Source: Setoptus koraiensis (Eukaryota > Animalia > Arthropoda). From it: a stretch of 64,000 nt of DNA. This document shows, in pieces, positions 11,010-22,744 of this stretch. A model generated the notes under the pieces. It searched no databases. It saw only the letters and a list, made by a program, of their open reading frames with translations, and was not told the DNA's origin. Position 1 is the first letter of the stretch; each line of letters begins with the position of its first letter. Location of the stretch: contig CM106585.1 in the NCBI GenBank assembly GCA_048013815.1, positions 20,398,001-20,462,000 of the forward strand. The letters run 5' to 3'. A program made the translations under genes and the position numbers.

Positions 11010-12892
11010 ATGTTTTCTAGGCTAACCTATCTGAATTTATGCATAAGTGTCAGCTGTGTTAAGTTTCTCTTTTTACCGTGCTAGTAAGTCATCAACTTTA
11101 TCTCCTGTCAAAAATCCTATCTTGTTTTTTATTCACATCATAATAATATTTTCAATCTTATTTTATACCATCCTGTCGCGACAGCTTCTCAACAGATTTC
11201 GATGTACATAGAAATTGGTTGGCTATAACATTCAATCGTCCTATAGACAAGTGGTATTTCGATACTACTTCAGAATGGACACTGGACTATCCACCCCTAT
11301 TTGCTCTCTTTGAGTACCTTCTGTCGCAATTGGCAAATCTCTTTGACTCTGAGATTGTTAAATTAACTCAACAGCCCATCAGAGTCTACTCAGCTATAAT
11401 GTTTCAAAGAGCCAGCGTCATATTCAGTGACATTCTATATTATTATGCCATTTATAAACTCTGCCATGCTGCTGAAAAAGCCGGTTACTGGCACGGAGAT
11501 AGAGAAACACCAAGCAAAGAATTAGTTACTAAACATGGGAAAAAAACACATAAAACTTCCAATAGTAACGACCAAATCGCTACCAATCGAGGAACCTTGA
11601 TAGAGAACATTCTTAATCCGACGCCAAGTTTCTTATGTGCGACATTCCTTATGTTTCAACCGGGACTTATTATCGTAGATCATATACACTTCCAATACAA
11701 CGCTTTCCTGAGCGGTTACTTATTGATGTCCATGTCCTGTATGATCAGCAAGCAATTTGTGAAAGCTAGTCTTTGGTTCTCATTACTACTTAATTTAAAA
11801 CACATATACCTATATTGCGCCCCCTCATACGGTCTCTATCTTCTATTCAATTATTGTGTTAGAGCGCCAAGAAGTAATATGTCTAAATCCTTAGAAAATC
11901 TCATCAAGCTGACTTTGGTAGTGCTCTCTGTTTTATTAATGACTTATCTACCCTATGCCAACTTCAACCAAATGTCCCAGATACTAAAAAGATTATTTCC
12001 TTTTAAAAGAGGATTGAGTCACTCTTACTGGGCGCCCAACATATGGTCTATTTATAATTTTAGTGACAAGCTATTGAGCATACTTTCTGGTAGTCAACAG
12101 GAACAATCAAATATGACTGGGGGACTTGTAGGAGAATTCAAGCATTCGTATCTTCCGAACATAAAGCCATGGTTGACGTTCTGTCTTGTGGTAATTTTCA
12201 ATGTGGTGAGTAGTGTATCTGGATTATAATTTATGTCTGACAGAGCTATAATAGCACGAACTAACACACTGTCCTGCACCCCCTCCCCCTCCGGAACGCA
12301 GCCTCTCATCTTCAAACTATGGTCATTTCGAGGGAAGGATCGATCTAGCTTATTTCTCCGAGCTGTCACTATATCTGCTTTCACCTCATACCAATTTGGA
12401 TGGCATGTACATGAGAAAGCAATACTGATAGTTCTTCTACCTCTTATTCCGTTGGCATTAACAGATAGAAAATTAGCATCAATATTCATAAGAATATCTT
12501 TGGCCAGCACATACAGTTTGTTTCCTCTACTGTTCAAACCGGGAGAATGGTTGATAAAGGTACTGCTGTTGATAACCTATCAAAAATATATATCCAACAC
12601 CTTGTCGCTATATCATCATACGAGGAGAGGACTTAAGACTGAGGGAGGAATTGATCATAGCGATAATCCAACTAGTTTTATAAGATTGGAGCGGATGTAC
12701 CTACTCGGCATGATCATCGTTGAACTGTATTGCACGTTTTTACATGGCTCACAATACTTCATGATTCTCAGGGCACTCTCGAAGTACGAATTTCTGCCCC
12801 TGATGCTGGTATCTATATATTCTGCGGTAGGTTTAATTTATTCTTATATTGATATTTATTACGAATTTATTTGTTGTTGCCCGGAGGTTTGA
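11010..12892 (+). CDS. ALG8: Dol-P-Glc alpha-1,3-glucosyltransferase ALG8; exons 11010-11083, 11185-12205, 12302-12892
   Basis: Spliced MFSRLTYLNL...LPCY/FSTDFDVHRNWLAIT, TSEWTLDYPP, IVDHIHFQYN, RLFPFKRGLSHSYWAPNIW and FGWHVHEKAIL. Both introns are GT-AG and frame-preserving. Confidence 0.95.
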
Positions 12893-13278
12893 GCCTGAGC
12901 TTGGGCTGCAATAGCAGCAGCAGCTTGCTGCCTCGCCTTAACTCGAGCTTGAATCATTTGGGTAAATTTTTCTGATTGTGCATCAATAAATTTGATCTTT
13001 CTCTTAAAATAGTCTATTGCTCCTTCGGCATTCTTCTCGACGATATATTGTGTTCCAACATCAATAAGAAAAGTTTGTGTATCGGTAATCTGTCCTGGTA
13101 CATACATGGAACCTGTTAGTGGGACTAAGATGTCCTTATTTGGTGGTAGCAATCTTTGAATTTCGATGGCATCTAGGGACTCTTTGAATTTCCCCTTAGC
13201 ATTTTGTAATTCTTTGATCGAGCCTAATAATGTCTCTATTTCTGTTTCAGTTATTGATTCCCAGCTATTGTTACTCAT
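12859..13278 (-). CDS. PFDN5: Prefoldin subunit 5 (alpha type)
   Basis: ILVPLTGSMYVPGQI...LIDVGTQYIVEK...DYFKRKIKF. The N-terminal helix is somewhat short, so a small upstream exon cannot be excluded. Confidence 0.9.
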   Translation of the reverse strand: MSNNSWESITETEIETLLGSIKELQNAKGKFKESLDAIEIQRLLPPNKDILVPLTGSMYVPGQITDTQTFLIDVGTQYIVEKNAEGAIDYFKRKIKFIDAQSEKFTQMIQARVKARQQAAAAIAAQAQAQTSGQQQINS

Positions 13279-14044
13279 TTTGCGTAAATGTTTTGGTGCG
13301 AATAAGGCCTAGAATGGGTGATTGTAATGGTGTACCAATATGTACAATAAAATAATCGAAATAGGGAAATGATGAAAATAATAGTAGCTTTTAATTTGTA
13401 CACACTCGTTTTCGTGAATGCTACGGACAGGGGATGAATCATGTGCTTTTCCCTTCAAAGAAAATGTGCACATTGGTCTACAACTTCTTTCTATGGCCCG
13501 TGTACCGTATAACACAACTGTTGGGTGTTGGCAGGATCGTTTTGCCACCAAACCAGCCTAACTCAAACGAAACTAAACGCTGAACCACCTATTATTTAAC
13601 AATTAGGCACAGATCTCACATAGGCCAATCACAGAACAGAAATTTAGCGAGCTATCTACGGCACACCCTAGACAGAGAACAAACCCTAACACATGAGGCA
13701 CATCTTAATCTATTGAACGTTCTGTGCCATTGCGCTGAACAGTACTGTCTTGAGCCTGACTAGTCCATTACATCAAACTCAGGTGACTGCTAAATACATT
13801 GTGTAAGTGAGCACCTTCGAAAGTACAAATGTATGACGCAAGGTATACTATTTCATTTCACTCCAGTGGAATGAGGTCCAAAATTGCATTTAAATTATTA
13901 TATCACTATTATTTATATTATTACTGTTAGTGAAGGATTCCAACAAATTTTATTGATCACACATGTTTATCATTATTTAGCAACCAGCGCATTCCATCCA
14001 ATTAACAATTGCATTTACTCACTCTATTTTGTAATAATAATACG

Positions 14045-14544
14045 NNNNNNNNNNNNNNNNNNNNNNNNNNNNNNNNNNNNNNNNNNNNNNNNNNNNNNNN
14101 NNNNNNNNNNNNNNNNNNNNNNNNNNNNNNNNNNNNNNNNNNNNNNNNNNNNNNNNNNNNNNNNNNNNNNNNNNNNNNNNNNNNNNNNNNNNNNNNNNNN
14201 NNNNNNNNNNNNNNNNNNNNNNNNNNNNNNNNNNNNNNNNNNNNNNNNNNNNNNNNNNNNNNNNNNNNNNNNNNNNNNNNNNNNNNNNNNNNNNNNNNNN
14301 NNNNNNNNNNNNNNNNNNNNNNNNNNNNNNNNNNNNNNNNNNNNNNNNNNNNNNNNNNNNNNNNNNNNNNNNNNNNNNNNNNNNNNNNNNNNNNNNNNNN
14401 NNNNNNNNNNNNNNNNNNNNNNNNNNNNNNNNNNNNNNNNNNNNNNNNNNNNNNNNNNNNNNNNNNNNNNNNNNNNNNNNNNNNNNNNNNNNNNNNNNNN
14501 NNNNNNNNNNNNNNNNNNNNNNNNNNNNNNNNNNNNNNNNNNNN
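14045..14544. other. Assembly gap (500 N)
   Basis: Run of N from 14045 to 14544. Confidence 1.
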
Positions 14545-16442
14545 ACAATCTAAGTGCCAAGCAGAAACAAATTAGACAACGCCTTCAACTAACCTCCACT
14601 ACCATTTCCAATCTAGACGATGCCATACCATCCATTGACGATGATTCAGAGCATCAACAAACTCAAAGGCCATCTACAACCACCTCGTCCTATAGTGTTC
14701 ATCGAAACGAGGAACGAACAAATAATGCCAGACATAGGGAAAGAGATGTAAGCACTCCATCATTTCATGATAGAGAAAACAGAAGTCAACAAAAAAACGA
14801 AGAACAGCAAACTTTCTCAAAGAAACCTCACTACAACTCTCTATTGAGGGCTCACGACTCAATACGACTCAAGACTGGCCAAGCTAGAATACGGCCTAAA
14901 TCTGCCGTGGTGACGCGCAGTAATGAAGACGAAGTTGAAGAAACTGGCTCATCAACTAATCAAAGCGTCAAACATAAAAGCAAAAGACACAGCTCACATT
15001 TAACTGATGTCGACACCAACGAAAGAGCTATAGATGTTCGAAGAAAGACAATCGAGCGTCAGCACGCAGACGCGCCGGATGACTCCGGAAATGATAACTC
15101 TATTCGTAATTCATCTACGGTTAAAGAAATCAAAATCAAGCGCTCTGATAGAGATGTCTCTCTAGGGGTCACGGTTTGCCCAGAAGACGGAAATATATGC
15201 GTTGCCAGAATTATGGCTGGTGGTCTGATAGATCGTCTTGGTGTGTTGCAAGTAGGTGACATTATACTAGCAGTGGACGATCATGAAGTTTATACGCCTG
15301 AGCAATTGCAAGAGATATTGCGCAAATCAACTGGAGATGTTACTATGAAAATAGTACCATCCTTAAGAGAGGAAATGCCAACAATGTGTATATATCTCAG
15401 AGCAATGTTCAATTACGATGCCAACGAGGATAGTCTTTTGCCATGTCCTGAAGTAGGTGTCTCATTCAACCATGGAGATATACTAGAGGTTGTGAATCAA
15501 GAGGATCCAAATTGGTGGCAAGCGAGGCGAATAGATTCCGAAAACTTGCTAACTGGTCTCATTCCGTCTCAAGAATTAGAAGAGAGAAGGCACGCCTTCA
15601 TTACTCCAGATTTCGATTACGCAACTAAGACTACGATCTGTGGAACAAAGGTTACCCGTAAAAAGAAAAAAGAGATATATAATCTTGGACAAAATTCGGA
15701 CTTTGACAAAGCTGAACTTCAATTGTATGAAGAAGTCTGTAGAACTCCAGCTTTCGATCGACGTACTCTTGTGTTGATCGGTGCTAATGGAGTTGGGCGT
15801 CAAGGCTTGAAAGCTCGCTTAATAGCTTTCGATCCAGATAGATTTGGAACACCACTGCCTCACACAACTAGGCCAATGCGTGAGGGTGAAGAAGATGGTG
15901 TACACTATCACTTTGTTAGCAAAGAAGAAATGTCGGAAGATATTGTCGCTGGTAAATATCTAGAATACGGTAACTATGATGGGCATCTTTATGGTACTAA
16001 ATTGGATTCTATCAGACAAGTTATTGGGTCAGGGAAAATGTGCATTTTGGACTGTAGTGCCACTTGTCTAAAAATACTTAAAACTCATGATTATCTGCCA
16101 TTCATAGTATTCATCGCGGCCCCACCCTTAGATCAATTACGTTACATGCAAGAATGGAACAGGAATTCCAACAAGAATTACACTACATTAGATAGGGCTT
16201 TAAGCAGACAGTCTAGGCGCGCGAGAACCCTACAAAGCTTCGCATTCGATTTCTTTGAGGATGAAGATCTACAAGTGACTATTGAAGAAAGTGCAAGATT
16301 GTTCCGTACTTATGAAAACTTTTTCGACCTCGTTTTAGTCAACAATAACTTTGAGAAAACATTCGAGCTGTTAAAAGATGCTGTCCATGCTCTGAGCATG
16401 GAGGCACAATGGATTCCAATAAGCTGGATTTATGGAACTTAA
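14545..16442 (+). CDS. vari: MAGUK p55 subfamily protein (PDZ-SH3-HOOK-GuK), MPP2/MPP6/varicose-like; 5' end lost in the gap
   Basis: PDZ (LGVTV...VARIMAGGLIDRLGVLQVGDII), SH3 (FNYD...LLPCPEVG..F..GDILEVVNQEDPNWWQA...GLIPSQELEE), KKKK HOOK, and GuK (RRTLVLIGANGVGR...LEYGNYDGHLYGTKLDSI) ending QWIPISWIY. Confidence 0.85.
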
Positions 16443-17241
16443 GAAGCAATACTCATATCATTTGTACGCATCGTGACTGTCTTATGTATAGATAAAAAAA
16501 AAATTCTACTATCATTATCATGCAACCATCAATGCAATTAATCGAACGTTGACTATTTTCTTAAGATCTATTAGAAATGATCTGCGCACCGAAATGAAGT
16601 TTAAGTGCCAGAATAATTAGTCGGATTGAAGATTACCATGAGTTGGACGCTTGCGTTTGGTGATTCAAGTTTGTTTTCTAATAGTAGCTGATTTCGTGTG
16701 ATTTCATCAGTGGTTTTGTTAACAAAATTACTTTGTCGTTGAAAAAACAAACGATCCTATACTCCTAATCATCACGGTATCAAGACGATTCGATAAAAAC
16801 GAACCTTATCAAATTTTTAGGTAAGAGAGTTTGGTCTTGATTTTGTTATCACTCATTGATGTGCATTATAAAGATGTGATTATGGTGGGAGTTTATCGAT
16901 GTTTTTATCTTAGAGACACATATATAAGGGCAAAAGAGTCACATCTCAGGAGCATGTTACAATGCAAACTATTTTGATGATTATACAACGCAAGTACACT
17001 AAGATGAAGAAATTGATAACATACAGCTCGCCAAATCACATTGCACGCAGAGAATGTAGACCATGATATCTAGATCGAATGATATCTAGATAGAGTTTTG
17101 TAATTGTTTTGAGATTTGATTCGATCTGCATTCAGTGAACTGAGCGACGTAACCATCATTGAGTTTTACAAACAAAAATTATCAATCACCATTGAATACC
17201 GGCAGATTAAGACTGAAAGAAATTTAAAAACATTAACAAGG

Positions 17242-17649
17242 ATGGACGAATACGAAACAACAATTGATGAGAATATTGCAACTATCGCTATATTGCGGAG
17301 GCATCCAATGTACGATTGCCTTGTACTTGTCAAAAACTATAGTCATTGCTTGAACGGATTCGTGTTGGAGTTTCCAAGCAACGAAAAAATAGACCAAACT
17401 AACTGCAAGATGAAAGTTAGTTTCCTAGATGGAGACGATCCAATGAATCATAACCTTGATGTTTTTTCGAAGGGAAAAGGAGAAGTTGTACATGTCCCCG
17501 TGAATGGTCTGATTGACCGACTAGAAAACTATGAAAAAATGGGTATCGCAGTAGACAGCAGAGTATTTGCATTTGCCATGGGGTTAAAAACATCCGAAAA
17601 AATGATTGCCTATGATTCCATCCGAGAACCACAAGAGACACCGATATGA
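17242..17649 (+). CDS. NUDT5 (ADP-sugar pyrophosphatase)-like protein lacking the Nudix box; 135 aa
   Basis: IAILRR..MYDCLVLVKNY...GFVLEFP, DGDDPMN, EVVHVP.NGLIDRL and VDSRVFAFAMGLK align with the NUDT5 flanks as I recall them. No GX5EX7REUXEEXGU motif is present. Confidence 0.7.
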   Translation: MDEYETTIDENIATIAILRRHPMYDCLVLVKNYSHCLNGFVLEFPSNEKIDQTNCKMKVSFLDGDDPMNHNLDVFSKGKGEVVHVPVNGLIDRLENYEKMGIAVDSRVFAFAMGLKTSEKMIAYDSIREPQETPI

Positions 17650-17680
17650 TAATTTAGATATAATATAATAACAACTTTTG

Positions 17681-18367
17681 TTAGGATTGTACTTGTTTCT
17701 GAATAAATACATGAGCTACTTTGCTAAAGATATAGTTTTTGCCCAAGTTAATATCGCTTATCTGCATTTCAGGTAACGGATGAAGACCCGTCCTCCTGGG
17801 AAATAAAGTCAATCTAAATAGGAGGCTGTCTTGTGGTTTCAATACGCCTAATGACTTGCTTGATAAACCTATAAATAGAATAGGAAGTTCTTTAGTATTT
17901 TTCATAGACAAAATGGGATTGGTCTCTCTATCTGAGCAATTCGTCAATCTATAGGTTATGTGGAAAATTTTGTTTAATTGAACGATGGCCGGATTCTCTT
18001 CGACATTTAGAATGTAGTTCTCGTGTGACGATGCTTCCTTGATTAGAGGCCATTCTTGGGAATATTCGCCCGATAGCGATCTCCACTTGATCCTTAGTTC
18101 GCCAATTATCGACTCCAGATATATTTGTGTAATATCTTTGCATTTAAAACTAAATAGATAAACTCTACTGTCCCCGGGATTCAATTTCTCATCTTGAAAT
18201 ATGGGCTCGCCACTGGCGAGTATATCTAAGCGCGTAGAAGTGTAGCCATCGTTTGGCTTGACACTGACCTCGATGATGTCCACTGAGGTCGTCATGGCAT
18301 TCTCGACCAGAGCCTCTAGTTTGATTTCATCGTACTCGTAATAAAGTTTAGTGTACAAATCCATCAT
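17681..18367 (-). CDS. TRAPPC13: TRAPPC13-like protein (C-terminal two-thirds recognisable; 5' structure unresolved)
   Basis: LEALVENAMT, LNPGDSRVYLF, IGELRIKWRS..GE, FHITYRLTNCSDR, SLGVLKPQDSL and GLHPL resemble the TRAPPC13 C-terminal Ig-like modules. Confidence 0.65.
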   Translation of the reverse strand: MMDLYTKLYYEYDEIKLEALVENAMTTSVDIIEVSVKPNDGYTSTRLDILASGEPIFQDEKLNPGDSRVYLFSFKCKDITQIYLESIIGELRIKWRSLSGEYSQEWPLIKEASSHENYILNVEENPAIVQLNKIFHITYRLTNCSDRETNPILSMKNTKELPILFIGLSSKSLGVLKPQDSLLFRLTLFPRRTGLHPLPEMQISDINLGKNYIFSKVAHVFIQKQVQS

Positions 18368-19295
18368 TAATCGAAATTGACTATACGATATACAACAATG
18401 AAATAACGACCACAACAAGGTAGAGATAACTCTAGTAAATCGTTGTCATGTGGAAACGCGAGTAAGTTCATTGTCAAAAAAAGAAAGTTATTTTCTGTAT
18501 TCTCTTGCCGAGATCTAAAAGCGCCTTATTCAAACCCGATTCAAATCAAATCGATGAGTCACCCTCGTCATATTTATTTTTTTGAAGTATAATTGACAAT
18601 ACCTAGTCGGTCCAGTGTGTTGGAGAAGTTTGGAAAGCCGTATCATAAATCATACAAATGCTGGCGATTACAGTTACATATTCAGTCAGGTTTCCGTTGA
18701 TTTTTAACCGACAACCGAAAGTTGTTGCAATGGCTGTTGGAAAATCGTTTCTCGGAAGGCTCTGTTTGTGTGCGAGAATGGCAAACAAACGGAGATTTTC
18801 AGTTGAATGAACTATAACACTCACTGGTTTATACCCTGTTTGGGGAATTGACATTGACACATGACGCAGAGTCTGCTCTGATGATCAGGGCTTTTTTCAA
18901 CCCGGACTTGAAGCATAAAACGGGTAATAACGAACAATTGTTCAGAAATGTTTGTTGTTAACTGAAAAAATACAATATCAACTTTTTGCAAAATATATAC
19001 TAATAGTAATTATTATCGTATTCAGTACTATTTAATAACATCCTTGATAAACTACTTCATAGATAAAATCACCACTCTAGAGCGAATTGCTTAACGTAAG
19101 TGTAGAGATTTATCTGTTTGTGTTTATTATTTCAACTGAACGACGAGCGACCGTTACGCGCTAATCGATTTTTGAATGCAGCTCTCCACTAACTGTCTAA
19201 TTTAATTCACTATCTAATCAATTTAGACTAGCACCAGCGGTGTATACAACAACAACAACAAAAACAACAGCAGCAACAACAATAGCATCATTATA

Positions 19296-19826
19296 ATGAC
19301 TTTCCTTGCTAAACACCAGAAAGCCATTGACATGGCTTTAACCTCCTTGGCGATATTCCTCGGAGTTACATTCATCTTTTTGGGTTCAACATCGTTGACG
19401 CCCGTCATCAGCAAAGATTATCACCGACAAATCAAAATCAATTATCAATCATTCGCGAAGAGTCTCCCATTTACGGCAAAGTTCATTGATCGTGCATCAT
19501 TGTCGCTATACATGCGTTACGTGTTTGCAGTATTGGAGATCACTCTCGGTTTGGGATTGGCTGTTGGCCCTGCTTTGTTCAAACAAGTAAGCAACTTTGG
19601 TCTACTGGCATTGTCTCTTGTCACCTTGTTGCTCGGAGTAAGATCTGGGCAATCTTCGGAACAAGTGGCAGGAACGTTTATATTTAGCGTACTTCTGGTT
19701 ACAAGGCTTGTTTTAGTGCACCAAAGTGGAAAAAAATCCAAACTTGCAAGATCGAAAGCTGCCACCAGTGCTGGAGGAAAGACCCAAAAGCCTCAAAGCA
19801 CACCAAGAAAGACCAAAGCAGAATGA
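19296..19826 (+). CDS. NACHO: TMEM35/NACHO nicotinic acetylcholine receptor chaperone, single exon
   Basis: LAIFLGVTFIFLG..SLTPVISKD.H..IK..Y.SFAKSLP, LEI..G, F..LLVTRL, four hydrophobic segments and a lysine-rich tail ending KTKAE. Confidence 0.82.
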   Translation: MTFLAKHQKAIDMALTSLAIFLGVTFIFLGSTSLTPVISKDYHRQIKINYQSFAKSLPFTAKFIDRASLSLYMRYVFAVLEITLGLGLAVGPALFKQVSNFGLLALSLVTLLLGVRSGQSSEQVAGTFIFSVLLVTRLVLVHQSGKKSKLARSKAATSAGGKTQKPQSTPRKTKAE

Positions 19827-20429
19827 GGAGAATTCGAATCGCATTTCAATGATCGGTACCATCTTATCCGGTGGACTTATGAAAAAGCCCCAACTACTTA
19901 TGGAATCTCCACTAACTATATAAGTTCTAACTATCTTAAATTTATAGCGAACACTAAAATTAATTCTTGTATCATAAAAGAAAACTGTATCTAAAAGAAA
20001 AATATCTATTAAGATCTAAAGATCTCTGCATTCGCATGACAAAATAACATTCTATATATATGAAATGACCACGAAGAAACAAATAAAATATTAGCTACCT
20101 TCCATGTACTGCCAAGTACCAGGATGATCAGTATGCCTAGACTAAGTTATTATACTGAAAGTTTTTGATCATTTATATCCCACCAATACAGCGAGATCCT
20201 ATCTTATAGTAGTTCAACGTATCAAGATAGTACAACGAATTTCCATTGCGAGAGACTAGACGACAATATGGCCGACTTGGGGAGAATCGCATCCAAATGA
20301 TCTATTCATTACGGACTTAGTTGATTGTTAGTCGCATATGTTAAATCTGATGGCTTTGGGTGTCTCTGGATGCGTCGGTATTAGAGTCGGTGTAAGGAAT
20401 CGAAAGGCATAGAGATCACTACATGGTTA

Positions 20430-20800
20430 GCTTGTAATGCTAGGTAGAGGCTCTAATTTCCTCTCATCACACAGGATCTGACATGACAATAAGCCATCTA
20501 CATGACGGTTCGACTGAGCGCGAGTTCTCTTGGATGTCTCAGTATGTCTAGAACTCAGAAGCAACCTTATGTGTGACAAATCATAAATGATATTAGTAAC
20601 ATAATTAAGGTTACGAATATTTTTGATGTAATATAGTTGCTCTTTTATCAATTGTGCCAACTCTCTAAGATCTGGTGAAATTAGTCATCTCCAATAACCA
20701 ATGATGTCTGCTTCTCCTCAGCAATTTGTGGGACAGTGAATGAGACCAATGGTTCCCTCAAATGACTCGGCAATCACTGGTTTATTTTCAAGTGTAACAA
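20430..20800 (-). mobile_element. Possible decayed hAT transposase C-terminal (dimerisation) region
   Basis: One minus frame with internal stops reads ...GEADIIGYWR*LISPDLRELAQL...TETSKRTRAQSNRHVDGLLSCQ...KLEP. This loosely resembles the hAT D..W...P.L..LA ... TK.RN.L....V..LL pattern. Weak, by eye only. Confidence 0.3.
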
Positions 20801-22744
20801 CCTCTGTTTAGATTTACCGACATTGAGCAGTGAGCGTGAAGATGCCAATTTTAGTCGAGGTCCGAATCACGAAATCTATTCAGACCGCGCGTCTGTTATT
20901 TGTGATAGATGGTGCTTCAGTGTAAGATTTTGTTAAGTGAGAAACAACTTCTTCTCGAGAGTTGTATAGGAGATTTTCCAAAAAAGATGTTCTTTGCGCT
21001 GAAATATAAGCATTAAGAAGCCAGTTTGGTGGACAGCTAGTAATTTGTTTGAAGCTTATTCTGAACATCTTGTGTTTTTGTGCGGGTAATCTAGCTGAAA
21101 CTGTCAAGCTGTCTCAAAACCTGCAGTACCTCTCGAATCGAATTTTGCGACGGCGCGGCAGAATTGGTTCTCGTATTGGCTATTTTTTGTCTCTCTCTCT
21201 CTCTATTTATTGTCAGATTATAACAGCTAGCTGCGATATAGCGCGATTGTCTTTATTCAAAACAAATGCGAAGTGTTAGATGAACACAAAAAAGAATGAA
21301 AAGGTATGCGGTGCTAATAGCAGATTTCGAAGCCGCTCATCCCCCACATTCCACACACGATGAGCAGGCCAATGCTATGTAGCTCGCCAAAGACATTCGA
21401 CAAGCAAGCGAACGTACAAGTTCGAACGGAGAACAAGTTCGGACACCTACTTGCATCTTCTTCTGCTCCTTTGGCTTGCGTTCGCTCAATGCTCGTCTGT
21501 AGCGACAGCAGCAAGAGTGGCGGTGGCGCCGAATTCTAACGACATGGCTCAGGCGGCACACAGGTATTTTTGAATCTATTATTAATATTGTTATTATTAC
21601 TGGAGTCAAACATGCAGCCGTGTAGCAGCTAACCATCTAGCTAGCCAGCCATCGTCGTGGAGCCTGGCGGCAGCAGCAAGTTTATCTCTACCTGTATGTC
21701 TGTCTGTCTGTGTCTCTCTCTGTCTCTCGAATATCTCTCGAGCCCAGTGACGCCCTAAATAAACCGACAGTGTAGACGCATCAGCCATAGCCGAAAAATC
21801 TAGCTTGCCAGCTAGTCAGCCTGCCAGATATTACTATTATTATTTTAGCAAATCACGGCTTATTGTTTGCTGTTCACCATTATTAGTTTTTATCACATCA
21901 AAACAGACACCACACGGTGTGCATTCTGTAACACATTTCGCGTCAGTAGTGGTATTAGCGGCAGTACTAAGTTGTTATTCCGGTGATCATACATTATATT
22001 ATATTATATTATATCATATTATTATGTACAATATTTGGTAGAGAGAAAGAGAGCTGGAGAGTGAGACAGAGCGAGTGAGTGGATAAATGGGTTTATTTTA
22101 CAAACAACAACGACATTTAATACAACAATAGCGTAAACACACCGGACAACAACATCGAATCATTCGAATGAACATTGATGATCACCACAAGCAGCTGATC
22201 ACAAAAACACTTGACACACACGGAATTGGGTCACACTCGCTTTATAATCTTATTATTGTTGCTCGACACATCTTTCTACTTTATACTATTTAATATTAAT
22301 TCATTAAGATATTACATGTATTATATAAGCGAAAAGAACAATAATTTTATCATCAGCGATCAGTAATTGCTTGGAATAACAGATGCATCTATTTGTGAAA
22401 TGGTAACTCCAGCTAGCCTGGTACCAATCATGTGAATAGCAATTGTCGATATCATATACAATTCAGTTATTATTAGTATCAAACAATTGGAACAACAATT
22501 GCTCTTTTACTAATCAGGCATAATCAAATTTAGAATCTATCAGCGCCTCGACGCGCTTCATTAGGGCTGGACCCTGCATATACAGAGACATTTTTATTAT
22601 TATTATTATCGTATGCACCCACAACTGTTGTTATACTTGTTAAAAATTTAATCAGCAATTTTGCAATCAAATCATCATCAGGTTATTAGCTAATAACATT
22701 TTTATTATTAATTGCGTACTGACTTTCATTGTTAAGCTAGCAAA

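Noticed and set aside
12206-12301. Apparent frameshift or split of ALG8 into two ORFs
   Set aside because: Explained by a 96-nt GT-AG intron that restores the frame; no recoding is needed.
13884-14575. 852-aa, 188-aa and 178-aa ORFs crossing 14045-14544
   Set aside because: Artefacts of reading through the N gap; only 14545 onward is supported.
21300-22700. Several short overlapping ORFs (e.g. 21337-21636 minus)
   Set aside because: No recognisable motif or convincing splice path; the region is microsatellite-rich and looks non-coding.
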